A stretch of DNA of 64,000 bases. It comes from Eledone cirrhosa. Its lineage: Eukaryota. The position numbers and the translations under genes are program-made. Positions 26,337 through 39,047 of this stretch are shown here, piece by piece. The notes under the pieces are model-generated. The model worked only from the letters and a program-made list of their open reading frames with translations. It was not told the DNA's origin and ran no database searches. Where the stretch lies: the NCBI GenBank assembly GCA_964016885.1, contig OZ024743.1, positions 16,678,001 to 16,742,000 on the forward strand. Direction: 5' to 3'. How positions within the stretch are numbered: the stretch's first letter is position 1; every line of letters begins with the position of its first letter.

Positions 26337-27585
26337 ATAATAATAATATTGATTTCTTTATTGGCCACAAGGGCTGGCATCAAGAAAAATATTACAGACG
26401 GCACAGGACGGTACAGGACGGTATGATGTGGGTTTTGTTTGTGTAAAGATTGTTATTATTTATATAAGAAAAGAAAAAGAAAAAGACATAGAAACATATA
26501 TATATATAAACAATAAAATGAAAATTGAAACAATGAAAAATTCCCAAATAGAGGGGAAACCTCCGAGGGTTACACGTGGCGAAAACCACACAAAAGACCA
26601 CGGACACCCTGAACACCAGGGCAAGCGCCCTTTCTCAATTTTTCCATTTCTCAAATTACAGGCGTATATTCAGAGCGGTCCCGTTCACTCGGACCATTCT
26701 CGCTACATTCAGCCACCTTTCAACAAACTTGCTAGAAGGCAGCACTTGCCTCTCCACCCTGATTTTCCTCTTCATGTGAAACTCGAAAAAGTTAATTAGG
26801 GATTCGTGTCTGTCTTTAACCTTTTCAACCTTGTCCACCACACAATCTCTTACGCCATGGCCACCAGGCAGATGAAAACCGCCTGCCCTTTCTCCACGAA
26901 GGAAGATGGCGAGACCATCTGCACAATGGACTCAGTCGATAAGCGCATCGGTCCTACACGGGACAACAACTGTTCGACATAGCTCCACAAGTCAGCGATG
27001 CTCGGGCACTGAACGTGTGCGTGCATGACGGTTTCGTTGCTCTGGGCGCATCTCGGACAGGCTCGGCTGACGGAACTTCCGTGCCTGTAGACTTTATCTT
27101 GAACCGGCAACTCACCCCGGTAGCACTGCCTGGCCAGAGATTTTTGGAAGACTGAAAGTTCTCCGGAAGAGAGCAAACAACTGATCTTCTTCGACGCCCA
27201 GGATCTCTCCGAGAACGTCGTTGCTCTTCCCCTCCACTAGTCCTCTGTAGAACGCCACGGTGTTTGTTCCACCGATACTGGTACCCAGCTGGCAGAGGGC
27301 AGTGAGCGCCTGGAGACATTCCAGTTTCCAAGCGCTATCCCTCGGTCTTTTCCTGACCCAGGACTGCAGCTCCGTCAATGAGACGAGCTGTGCGAAAACG
27401 TGCCTGGCAAACGGCGCCCACACCTGTTCACCGTCAAGGGAGCACCTGAGATGTCGCAGCCTCAGTGCATGTTTGCGCATCATCAGCCATGGCATGCCCA
27501 GTCCTCCACGCAACGGGTGTTAACAGAAGATGGATCGTCTGACCATGGGAGCGCGTCCCTTCCACAAAAAGCGGCAGAGGAAGTT
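26337..27585 (-). mobile_element. Tx1/L1-clade LINE copy 3, 5'-truncated 3' fragment
   Basis: RGGLGMPWLMMRKHALRLRHL, CPRCAQSNETVMHAHVQCP; paralogous to 20600-21530; tail CCTTGTGGCCAATAAAGAAATCAATATTATTATT. Confidence 0.9.
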
Positions 27586-28169
27586 TTGAAATTTATTCTG
27601 TCTACCCAATCTAAAATACATTATAATAGTTGATCATTATAATAATACTTGCTTTTTTATTGGGAGGGGTAACAAGAAAAATTGAAACTTGTAGCTCTCT
27701 AGTAAATATATCATTACCTTAAGTTGTATATAACCACCAAGTGTCACATTCTAAAATATTAAAAATATGTATATAGAAGTGAACCACTTATCCGTTTCCT
27801 AAATATCGAAAACGATCGTTAAATCATTTTGATGATCACAGGAGAATTTAGAGATGGAAATTGGCATCGGTCAATTCGGCACACAAACAGTTTATGCATC
27901 CCATATATATATATATATATATACATACATACACACACACACAAATATGTATATATATATATAAGTATGTATACGTACATACATATATGTATACAGACGT
28001 ACAATAGTATGTATATATATATACATAAATGCTCACATATATATATGTACGTATGGATTCACCGAACATTTATTATAATGCTCGGTGTGTTTGCAAACAA
28101 ACATCCCGAATTAAGCCATACAGTGTCTAGCAACCATCGTTGCTCATTTGTTCAACACAGACAAAGGAA

Positions 28170-28210
28170 CGCTGTAATAGTTTCAAGCTTATTAGCTATC
28201 GTCAGCAACG
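28170..28210 (-). ncRNA. minimal type I hammerhead ribozyme
   Basis: CGTTG-CTGACGA-TAGCT(AATA)AGCTT-GAAA-CTAT-TA-CAGCG. Confidence 0.75.
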
Positions 28211-28594
28211 TACACCTTCCTGCCAGATGATTGAACGTCTGAAAGTATATACTTTCCTTATGCATATTAACGGCTGAGCAGCCTAATTTGCATATCGAGT
28301 GAGTTAATCGGCCGGGGCACCGAAAACGATAAACGGAAAAAATTTCATTTCTCACTCTTAGTACGGCTGTTACTTAAATATAAGTATGTATACGTACATA
28401 CATATATGTATACATACGTACAGTATCATGTATATATATATATACATACATACATGCACACATATATATATGTATGTATGGATTCACCGAACATTTATTA
28501 TAATGCTCGGTGTGTTTGCAAACAAACATCCCAAATTAAGCCATACAGTGTCTAGCAACCATCGTTGCTCATTTGTTCAACACTGACAAAGGAA

Positions 28595-28635
28595 TGCTGT
28601 ACTAGTTTCAAGCTTATTAGCTATCGTCAGCAACG
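28595..28635 (-). ncRNA. minimal type I hammerhead ribozyme, canonical core
   Basis: CGTTG-CTGACGA-TAGCT(AATA)AGCTT-GAAA-CTAG-TA-CAGCA; palindromic stem III. Confidence 0.85.
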
Positions 28636-29249
28636 TATACCTTCCTGCCAGATGATTGAACGTCTGAAAGTATATACTTTCCATATGCATACAGTATTTA
28701 CTTTCCTAATGCACACCGAGCATTATAATAAATGTTCGGTGAATCCATACGTACATATATATGTGTGCCTGTATATATATATATATATACATACTACTGT
28801 ACGTCTGTATACATATATGTATGTACGTATAGATACTTATTAAGTGTTAAGGTACTAGTTGATTTATTTATTAATTAAAAATGGCATTTATTTATCTCTT
28901 TGTATATTTAATAATGTCTATTACCGTTTTCAGCATGTTTATGCATTATCAAATGATAGTGGTCTGTATTGGTGTAGAAAGGTGATGTTGCACATGTTAA
29001 AGAAATGATGCAGAAAGAATAAATGTTATTTACAAACAAGGTTGATGAAGTGAACAGAAAAAGAAAAAAGAATAACAGGAGTGTAAAGTAGAGCATAAAA
29101 AGTTAATGTGAAAGAAAAAATAATGTTCTATACAGGCATAGTTCTTGAAGTTAAGCAGATTATAATGTGTTAATATAGCAAGGGTGCTTAGTTGATCCAT
29201 GATTCCATGATGGAATACATATGTATACATACGTACACATACGCACACT

Positions 29250-29312
<63 letters not shown>

Positions 29313-30854
29313 TTGTGGGTGTGTGTGTGTGCGTATGTGAGAGAGTGTCTGTGTGTATACAGTTAGATATTATCAATGCCATCATTCTTATCTTCTTAAA
29401 ACTGTTTTTATTAAATGTTATATTTTAATAATTTCACCTCCCATTTGGTATTCCCAACACATCTGCTATCTATATTTCTTATTCTAGCCTCAATTATTAA
29501 TTTTTTTGTAATTTTACGTATATATCTTTCTTTATGTCTTCTTAATCTCATATTTTCTACGTTATCTGTATATGTCATATTTTCCGTTTTTCTTTAGCTT
29601 CCTTTCTACCTCATTTCTTTTTTCTTTACTCATACATGTCTATAGAAAAAGGAACTCTAGTATTTATTTTTCCCTTCATCATTGATATATTTATTTTTCT
29701 TACTTTCTTTTTTTTTCTAAGTGCCTACTAAATTGTGTTCACCGAATATACTATCATTGAATTTCTTCCATATATAAAACTAATTTTCAGGTATACTTCA
29801 GATCTAAGAATTTTAATTGAAATAATATTGCATTCATTGTCATAAGGATGTATTTAAAGTTACAAATGATTAACCAAATTTAATCCATTAATTCTCCCGA
29901 TCACCTTAGCCTTGATTATGCCTTCCTATGGATCTAATGAATAAGTCTTCTTATCATTGCTTGGCCATATACAAAGAAGACCGCATCATTATCGTAACAC
30001 TTATCTTGAAAGTGTCATATACTATCGGGTTCTTATTGTTACACTATATTCGCGTGTAACATGGTAATTATCACATGGATATTTTTAAATTTATGTATCG
30101 ACTCTATTATCCACGAACAATGAACATATAGTTGTGTATGGATAAGTTATATGATAAAATTCAGAACGCAAACAATAGTCACAATACCACAACCCATGTT
30201 TTCTAATTGTCTGTGGAATCTATGAATAGTATATGGAATTACTACATTCATAAATGCTGTTAATGGAAGAAAATTAGGACTTAATTTAAACGAATAGTCA
30301 AATTTGTGAAGTCTGCCGCAATCTGCAGATAATGAATAAACTAGCAAAAAAAGTATGTCATAATATGTAATTTAATTTCAATATACAAACAATGAAATTA
30401 TATTAGCCTGACTGTAATGATTTATATAAATGCGAAAAATATTTCAATATTTGTTTGTACATTTACGTGTGTTTGGGATAATTGAGTTTTGAATATAAAT
30501 ATTTGCATGGAGTAAATATAATGTTACCCTTCTACAGACATAGGATGATTACAACGTAAGACATGTAAACCCATGTAAACCCATTCCATTATGTTTATTT
30601 CTGGGTACATATTTCGTTCCAACGGTGCATATAATGTTTAGTCGCCAATGACGGCTTAGAATTCAGAAATGTCTAATGAGATGGCGTGAATTTGCTACAT
30701 AGAATTATTGGAGACACGATACCTCAATTTTGGAATGGACACTTTCATTTTTTTCAAATATACACATTTAGTGAGATGTGATAGAATCGGTGGGAAACGG
30801 AAATAATGTCATACATTGGACCGACAGTTAAAGAAAAAGACATACAAGGAAGAT

Positions 30855-30866
30855 TTATATATATAC

Positions 30867-30917
<51 letters not shown>

Positions 30918-30925
30918 TGTGTGTG

Positions 30926-30980
<55 letters not shown>

Positions 30981-31000
30981 ATTTATATATATATACACAT

Positions 31001-31088
<88 letters not shown>

Positions 31089-31142
31089 AGAGAGAGAGAG
31101 ATTGTGTGCGAGTGGGTATGTTTGTGTGTGTGTGTATGTGTG
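30855..31142. repeat. compound microsatellite (TA)n(TG)n(TA)n(GA)n
   Basis: Direct reading. Confidence 0.95.
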
Positions 31143-32429
31143 ATTCCGTTTTTTAAAATAAATACCAAAGTGAATTAAGTACAGATGAATTGAGGAAAAC
31201 AGAGAAGGAGAGTATTACTGAAATAATATATTAAAACAATAAAAAATCAATATCTAAAGCAAGAAATCATTGTCTATCCAATTTCAAGAGTTCAACCTTT
31301 TCAAACAATTGATCATTTCCCGCTAGGAGGATATTTGAAATATTTGATTAGAAATATTATTTTATATAACTTGGACGCCATCTTCTATTTCTAGCATTTA
31401 TTTTCGAACGCCATTTGGCTGGTCTCCAAAGCTATACAATGATCCTTCTTTAAAGGTCAACTTAATTTATGAACCAAACCTGACCCCCGCAATCAATTCT
31501 GTAGTCATCTAATATATTGTTTAAATTTTCTCCCAATTAGATCATGTTTACACATGTTTATTCAATCTAGATAACAGAAATATAATCTTCTATATCTCTC
31601 TTCTTCTCTCATAAAAATAGTATGATCATATAGACATAAATATACGTACTGATATTATACAAATACTTATACATATACTGATTCTCTTAAGGTGTGTGTA
31701 TTTGCAGTAACGTTGTTAACCTGCGGCAACATTCTGATATTCCATTATCACAATGTATAAGTAATGTCTTTCCTCCACAACATCTTACATATCTGTAAGG
31801 ACATTTATCATAAAACTAGATTTAAAAGAACTTATACGTTGTCAGTATTATCTGTAATCGTTTAAACCCTGAATACATTGAAATTATGAATTAAATGTCA
31901 AATTTCAAGACTTTTCGTTAATTTCTTTACTTGTTTTTTTTGTGATACTGGTTATAGTAATTATATTTAACATAGGGACAATAGTTGCAATTTTGAAGGA
32001 GGAAGCAGAACATGTTGAGGCAAAGTACTTAACAGGTACATTATTTGGGACCACCACGGAAGGATGAAAGGCAAATACGTCATGCGTGTGATGAGAGAGG
32101 CAGAGCTCCGACTGTCAGAACGAATACTGCAAATTATACTATGTGACACTGTAACGATTCTGCAAATCCAACGTTATGCCACAGAATATTATAATAGCCA
32201 TATCATTGAAGTATATAGGTTACAAATAATAGATGATATTATGGTGAGAGAATTTTTATTATTTCACTATTAAATGTATGTTAGACATAAATATATGTTA
32301 GACATAAATATTCGCGAGTAGTCCACTATTGGTGTTTCATTTCATTAATATGTAAAAACAAAAATGTTTTGGTAAAATATCGTTACGTTTTCTATGTATT
32401 CAATAAGATACGAACATGTATTTCAAATG

Positions 32430-32950
32430 ATAGTGATAATGATAAATAATTGTTTCTACTTTTGGCACAAGGCCAGCAATTACCCCAGTGTATTACTGAT
32501 AAAATTGATGTAAGGGAGATAACCCCGTAAGGATGAAAGGCAAAGTTAACCTCGATAACGATAAATAATAATAATAATATATTTTATTTCAGATTTATGC
32601 AAATGGCCAATATTTTCTGGGGAGGAGAATCCCGCCGAGATAAATGTTATGTTTCATCCTTACGGGGTCGATTGAATAAAACACCTATAATGCAATGGGG
32701 TCGATTAAATCGATTAACTCGACTTTCTCAACACCTGAAATTGTTGGACTTGTGCCTAAATCTGAACAGAAATAATTGTTTCTACATTTGGCACAAGGAC
32801 AGCAATTTTCCCAGAAAATTGCTGGTGCTTTATTTTATCGACCCCATAAAAATTAAAGGCAAAGTTAACCTCGGCGGGATTTGAAGTCAGATTGTAATGG
32901 GTCGTAACTCTATGCTGCAAAGCATGGCGTCCGACTGCCAATCCACCAAA
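32430..32950 (-). mobile_element. cluster of SINE copies and fragments
   Basis: SINE 3' part at 32445-32555, fragments at 32610-32760, near-complete copy at 32770-32948. Confidence 0.85.
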
Positions 32951-34107
32951 AATAATGATAGAAAAACTGGTTCAAATCTTCGATTATATTGTTCCTCCTC
33001 AAAAGAAATCTGATCTTATTATCACTATTAATATTACGAGAAAGTTACAAAAGGAGAAATAAAAATTAAGCCGATAGAAATAAATAATTTATGTAACTGT
33101 GTTTCCATTGCGTTTGCCTTCGGTGGTGCAAATTGTCGATCGCAATTCCTAGTATAATCAGGCGAGATTTCAATCGAAATGCACACTTCCAGGTCCCATG
33201 GGCAATGTACCCTGCTGAACTATTTTACAAGGTCAACAATCTATAGCCTGTTCTGTTTTACCGACGCCAAAAGCGGGAAAGTCAATATAGTGGACATGGT
33301 AGAGATCCGATAAATAGAGTGGCAATTAAATCTGATACTGTAAGCTTTCGAAAGCATCCTCATTATATTATCAGAAGTAAAAGATTAGTTTAAATATCAT
33401 TGAAAAATACAAGAAATTAATCTTAAATATCCGTAGTGACACTTTCAAAGCCCACATTTCACCCAAATCATAGTCTGAAACACGTAGATAAATATATAAT
33501 TCTAATATTGGTGCAATTAATAACACACATTTAAATAGCTTACTGGTGCTTTGAGTGATAGACAAGTTGGTCGTAAACTGAAGAAATGAATGATGTTTTA
33601 AAATGAATTAATAATGATTTTACAATTTTAATACATTATAAAATTTGTTAATGATATGTCAACCAACTATTTTTGATCAAAATTGAATACAATATGTAGC
33701 AAGAATATAACTCCAGAAATGGAGTGCCTGATATTGAAAGAGTCTGTTTCCACAGTTGACTCTCTGGGTTGAATAAAATGTCCAAATGTGAATGTCAACA
33801 TCACTCTAAAGTTAAAGATTGCTTCAATAGATTCCAGAGTTATGGCAACATGTAACCTGTCTTAATTTGTTGTATGAGTGTATTTTATCATATAACGTAA
33901 CAGACGCATTTCTTAAAATTGAATGGCTAAATAAATATTGAATATTCACCAACTAATTTGTATGACAACTACTCAACATACGATTACCAATGTCATTCAT
34001 ACACACTCATAATTATCAGTCTCACACACACAGAAGATCAGTTTGGGGACATAGGATATGTGTTCGTTGGAATATTCAATTAAATAGAATGATTCTTATA
34101 TATCAGA

Positions 34108-35795
34108 CTAGCAGATTTACCCGGCGTTGCTCGGGGTTTGAAATTATGCTAAGAATATACAGCTAGGAAGTAAAAGAAGAACATTATTTGTCCCCAACCT
34201 GTCAAAATAAGCATAAGTCTTCAATAATTAATGCAAACGAATATTTAGTGCAATCTTTCTACACATAAAACTATGTTGATAAGGAAGGAAAACGCTGAAC
34301 AGGATGTAGTTATACAAATGATTAAAAACAATACAGGTTGCAAATCTGTAAAAAAACAGGCAGTTTTGCTAAAGTACAAAAGGTTGTAATGAAAGCAGAG
34401 TTGTATACAAACAAAAAAACAATGAGAGTAGAATAAGAGAAAATCTATTCTTTGAGAGCATCCTTTGCTGTGTATGTTTAAATGTTGAACTTATAATCCA
34501 AAGTATCCTGCATGACATATTCATTGGTATGTTTTGTAATGAGTAAGGTGAAGTCAAGGCAGAGATGTAATAAGTTTTTTGGTTAACACTAAAGCACTTC
34601 AGGATAGACGATATTCTTTGTTTTTCTTTTCGGAACAAACGCAAAGAGATTATCCCGACTGCCAACTCGTGACCAGGCAAGTAGAATTGTCCGTGCGAAA
34701 AGCAAGGTTCATCCAAGTGAATACCAGTGACGGACAGATTTTGACCTTGCGATTTGTTTATGGCCATCGCAAAGGCAACACGAAGGGGAAATTGGGTTCG
34801 GCGAAAGGAGAAGGGAGTTTCCGCGCCTGATGTAGTCAGGCTAATTTTTGTTATTATCACATCCTCGCCTTTTCCACATCCAGATAGAATAGTATCGTCA
34901 ATACTAAGAGGAGACAATTTTTTAACCACAAGGCGTGTACCATTGCATAGTTTTGGAGGAATGATATTCCTCGGCAAAATAACTGGCGTTCCCTCTTTCA
35001 GAACCAATGTATTAGGAGGTAAACCAGGAGGATTAAAACACTTTTGAAATTCAACTGGATAGTTGACCGCATCCTGTGGATCACATACAGTATCAATAGA
35101 TTTATATCTATGTGGACATCCAGGAAGAATCCTGTTCAGTATGTTCCTTCATTGTCAAAAAGGTTTGATGTGTACAAATACAGCTGGAAGCATAGATAAT
35201 GCCTGCCTCAAACGTGGACCAAATTACTTCAAAAATGTAAAAGCTGTAGATCTCAATGGTTTGAATGGAAAGTCCCATAAGGACTGTTCTAAAAATAAAC
35301 AAACCATCATCAAAATCTCGTCAATTCGAGACTGCTTCGAGATGAGAAAATTACCGCGAAATTTAACACTTAATATAGTGAAACAGTTAAAACAACAAGT
35401 GTTTTTTTAACTTTGAAAGTGCAACAAAGAATAAACAAGAAACACGATAATATTAGTGATTTATCATTAAATGAATCTGATGTTTATATTTCTGAAATTT
35501 CGTCCGACGATGATTGTTAATTTAAAATTGAAAACGAAGGCCTCCATATCTCACTCTCTTTATAAGTATTGTCAATGAGGTTGGTTATCCCCCTTACATA
35601 TATTTTGCAACCGATAATTTTGATATCGATTTTTTTATTGCTCAACGATTGGAAACATTCTTGTGATGTGACCATCTTAGCGACATGTGAAACGTGCACA
35701 GAAACTCTGGTCAAATTAGGTTGGTAATTGTAAAAGCATTAGGAATCCAAAGTTGTACACAGACATACACATCCTCGCTTTTATATATATAAAGA
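34108..35795 (-). mobile_element. non-autonomous Helitron with both termini and a Pif1 helicase fragment
   Basis: Minus strand begins TC (TCTTTATATATATAAAAGC at 35795) and ends with hairpin CCCGAGCAACGCCGGG plus CTAG (34108); inserted between A and T; no TSD. Confidence 0.85.
34600..35140 (-). pseudogene. Helitron Pif1-like helicase C-terminal fragment
   Basis: YKSIDTV..NYPVEF..PPGLPP..L.LKEGTPVIL.RN..PPKLCNGTRL...RTQFPLRVAFAMAINKSQGQ...FSHGQFY. Confidence 0.9.
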
Positions 35796-38109
35796 TGACT
35801 TATCTAAACCTGTTAAATACAAAACAATAAATAAAATTAAAAGAATTAAATAAATGAATTTGAAAGCTTTAAAAGCAAATCTAGGATAGCTAAAATGAGA
35901 GACCACGTGGTGGTCTGGACTGTAAGTAACGTATTTGTTTTAGTTTCTTTCGAATTTAGATCTACATGAGCCTAAATATATCAACAAAACTAAGCAATAT
36001 GTAATTGATATATGGAAAATATATATAGCAATCACATATACATTTATAATCAGCTTTAATTATCAAATGGGCATATAGTCTAGTGCAATAAGTATACTTT
36101 GAATGACCATGAATAAATATTAGACTATGTTGGGTCTCACTGGTGTAACATCGGATGACGTAGTCGCATTATGCCTGGAAAGAAATGAAGATATAATATT
36201 ACCATTCGCTACTTCTATCTAGTTTTGTGACACAGCCGCAGAGCAGTCTTGATGGATCAGTTCTTTAAGCCCGTTGTTGATGTAAACTCACAGCATGACC
36301 ACGTATCCATTTTCCAAGCTATTTTATGGTTCCACATAACCGATATACCCACTACCCAATCTGACATACACTATTGGGTACAATCGTGTCGATCGTATGT
36401 CGTTTGGTCCCGGGTTTCTATTGCTCGGCAACACGTATGATCGAATGTATTCTAGCCGCAGGATTCAATATTCTTTCAAATACTACATCATTCAATGCAC
36501 CCTACTGGCATACAGAATCAATGATATTTGGTTGTTACGTAGATCAATATAGGGCATCCTAAAAGATAGTTGGGTTTTGAAATAATATAAGGGAAATATA
36601 ATGGTCGTAATCTAAAGCCAAGTGCATTAAGGATATCCTATTTTATATTTATTTTGTACACTTTGTATCCTCTCTCAATTTTATTACGCGCAAGTCCTCT
36701 CTACGTCATAGTATTTACATCTAGGCTATGGATATTGATTTATTTCGTAAGCTATGATTTATCAACTTTATCTTTCTTGGTGTAGAATATAAGAGGAGGG
36801 GTATACTGTTTCCTTAATTATCACAATGAAGCAGTGAATATGCTTTCTAGGACAGGCATACTTTCGAACATATAGGGAATTGAACAATTTGAGTGGGACT
36901 ACTTCTGTGAGGAGGCAGAATGATAAGGAAAGAAATATTTGAAATGTTGGGTATCAGAGATCATTTGATAACCATTCCTAAACGTATCCAAGGACAGAGA
37001 TGATAAACCTGTTGTCGCATTAGATGTATGCTTAAGTGTGTTCATGTTCATGACACTCACCACATTATGTAATTTCAGCACTAACTAGATGATATCAGCA
37101 CATTGGCACATCACTTGACCTGCTATAAATTTCACCCAGATGCTATTCAAATATAATCCTTGTAATGCTTAATCTCAGTCAAAATGGAGCGAGACAACGC
37201 AATATATTTCACTAATATAGGCCATGATATTACCATGTCCTTGACAAGTTTCTAAGTAGATTGTTTTGCTAAATATATTTGTTGTAGTCTAAGTGATTCA
37301 GGCTTGCTTTAAAACCTAATTTCTTCTTTGTCACAGCATCTTCCTGTTTCTTATTACACATTCCATCACTGTGTTAGAGAGTAATGCATTATCCCAGATT
37401 ACAACTTGATGTATACACAAATATATAATTACATAAGGCGCAAGTGTAGCTACTAATGTACGTTTATATAATTGCGATGTCATAACTGGAATGATTACAA
37501 GCTAATATATATTATCAATCATAAAGCTATATTTACAACACTGAATATATAAGGTACATGACCAATGTGTATTATCCATCATTGCAGTATATGTAATTTA
37601 CATTATATGAGAATGATAGTCTCATTTACTTTACTAGATACTGATACACAACAGCAGCATGGGATATTATTGCTATTTGCACGAAGTAAGAGAATATATA
37701 TCCTGATATTCTCCTCCCTGAATCAATTATATCTTAGACTCAAAATAATGTTCATTCTAAATAGATCTAACAAGATCAATAGCTGTTGTTGAAGCAATTT
37801 AATAAACACTCTATCATCAGTCACCAAGTAAATTATATATTGTTTTCTTCTTTATGTTAAAGAAACGAATTTAAAAGAAACAAACATCAGTACAGTTGAA
37901 GCAACAAGGTGTGGCAAAATTATTGCTTTAGTCGCAGTCGGGCTGCGATTGCTAACGCGGCTGGCCGGTGTCGGATGAATCGTCCAATATTTGCAGACGA
38001 CTTATTATTATTTAACTCGTCAGAAGGGGGTCTTAGACCTGCACATGATAGTTTTAATGCACCACTGAAATGAAAATCAGTGCTGCGAATACTGAGACAT
38101 TCATCCATT

Positions 38110-38780
38110 CAATGAAGCCTCTGTACAGTGCATTGTACATATGAGTGGATGTCCACTGAAGCAGGTGGAGAAATATAAGTACCTTGGAGCCCTGTTCACA
38201 AGTGACAGAATGCATGAAATCAATTAATCAATTATATGGAAGAATTGCAGGAATGTGCCATCTTCAGCATTCGGTGCTCAGATGGTGGGAGGTAGGAGAG
38301 AAAACCAAACTAGCTATTTCCAATTCGGTATTCGTGCCAGCCCATAAATCTGCTCGTGGTTATTGCATATCACCGAAAGAGTACATTTTCGATCAAACGC
38401 GGCCGAAATGGGATTCTTCCAAAGTGTCTTTGGAGTATGGTTACTTGATAGATTGCATAGCTCGGAGATCAGAGAGCCGCTCCACATAGAGCCTTCACTT
38501 CTCCGAATTATGAGGTCACTGCTCCCTAATTCTAGTCATGTCCTTGAAATGCTCAGGAAAGAATGCTGGTCAGATGTTACGGGAAAAAACAATCGACAGG
38601 AGGCTTAGTGGTAGATCCAGAGTACGATCGTTGGATAACACCCATGAGCTTGGCTTGTCACTCTTAAAGATCCACCCGGATCAATCGAGTTGTTACGTCT
38701 GTCAGGACCCCCTAGAAGGTCTGTTTGAGAACACTACTACTGCAACCTTCTCATGAATAAGTGGGTTGGAGAAGATGAAG
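38110..38780 (+). mobile_element. RTE-clade (Expander/Rex3-like) LINE 3' remnant
   Basis: LKQVEKYKYLGALFTSD, AAEMGFF..V.G..LLDRLHSSEIREPL.IEP.LLRI, GRSRVR. Confidence 0.7.
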
Positions 38781-38842
38781 AGGAAGCAGAAAGATAAATA
38801 TAAACATGATAATAATAAGGTGACGGAGAAGACGAAAAACTA

Positions 38843-38844
38843 AA

Positions 38845-38909
<65 letters not shown>

Positions 38910-38991
38910 ATAGTTGTAGTAGTAGTGGTAATAGTAGTAGTAGTAGTAATATTATTATTATTATTATTATTATAATTATTATTATTATTAT

Positions 38992-39047
<56 letters not shown>
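38843..39047. repeat. (TAG)n/(TAT)n microsatellite
   Basis: Direct reading. Confidence 0.95.

Larger units (their letters stand above)
27955..28845 (-). mobile_element. tandem about 420-bp HHR-containing repeat plus inverted terminal copy (retrozyme / non-autonomous PLE-like)
   Basis: Direct repeats start at about 27960 and 28380; 28712-28845 is the reverse complement of the unit start. Confidence 0.8.

Noticed and set aside
37100-37420. VVIWDNA motif suggesting a Tc1/IS630 DDE domain
   Set aside because: Single short motif with no supporting context
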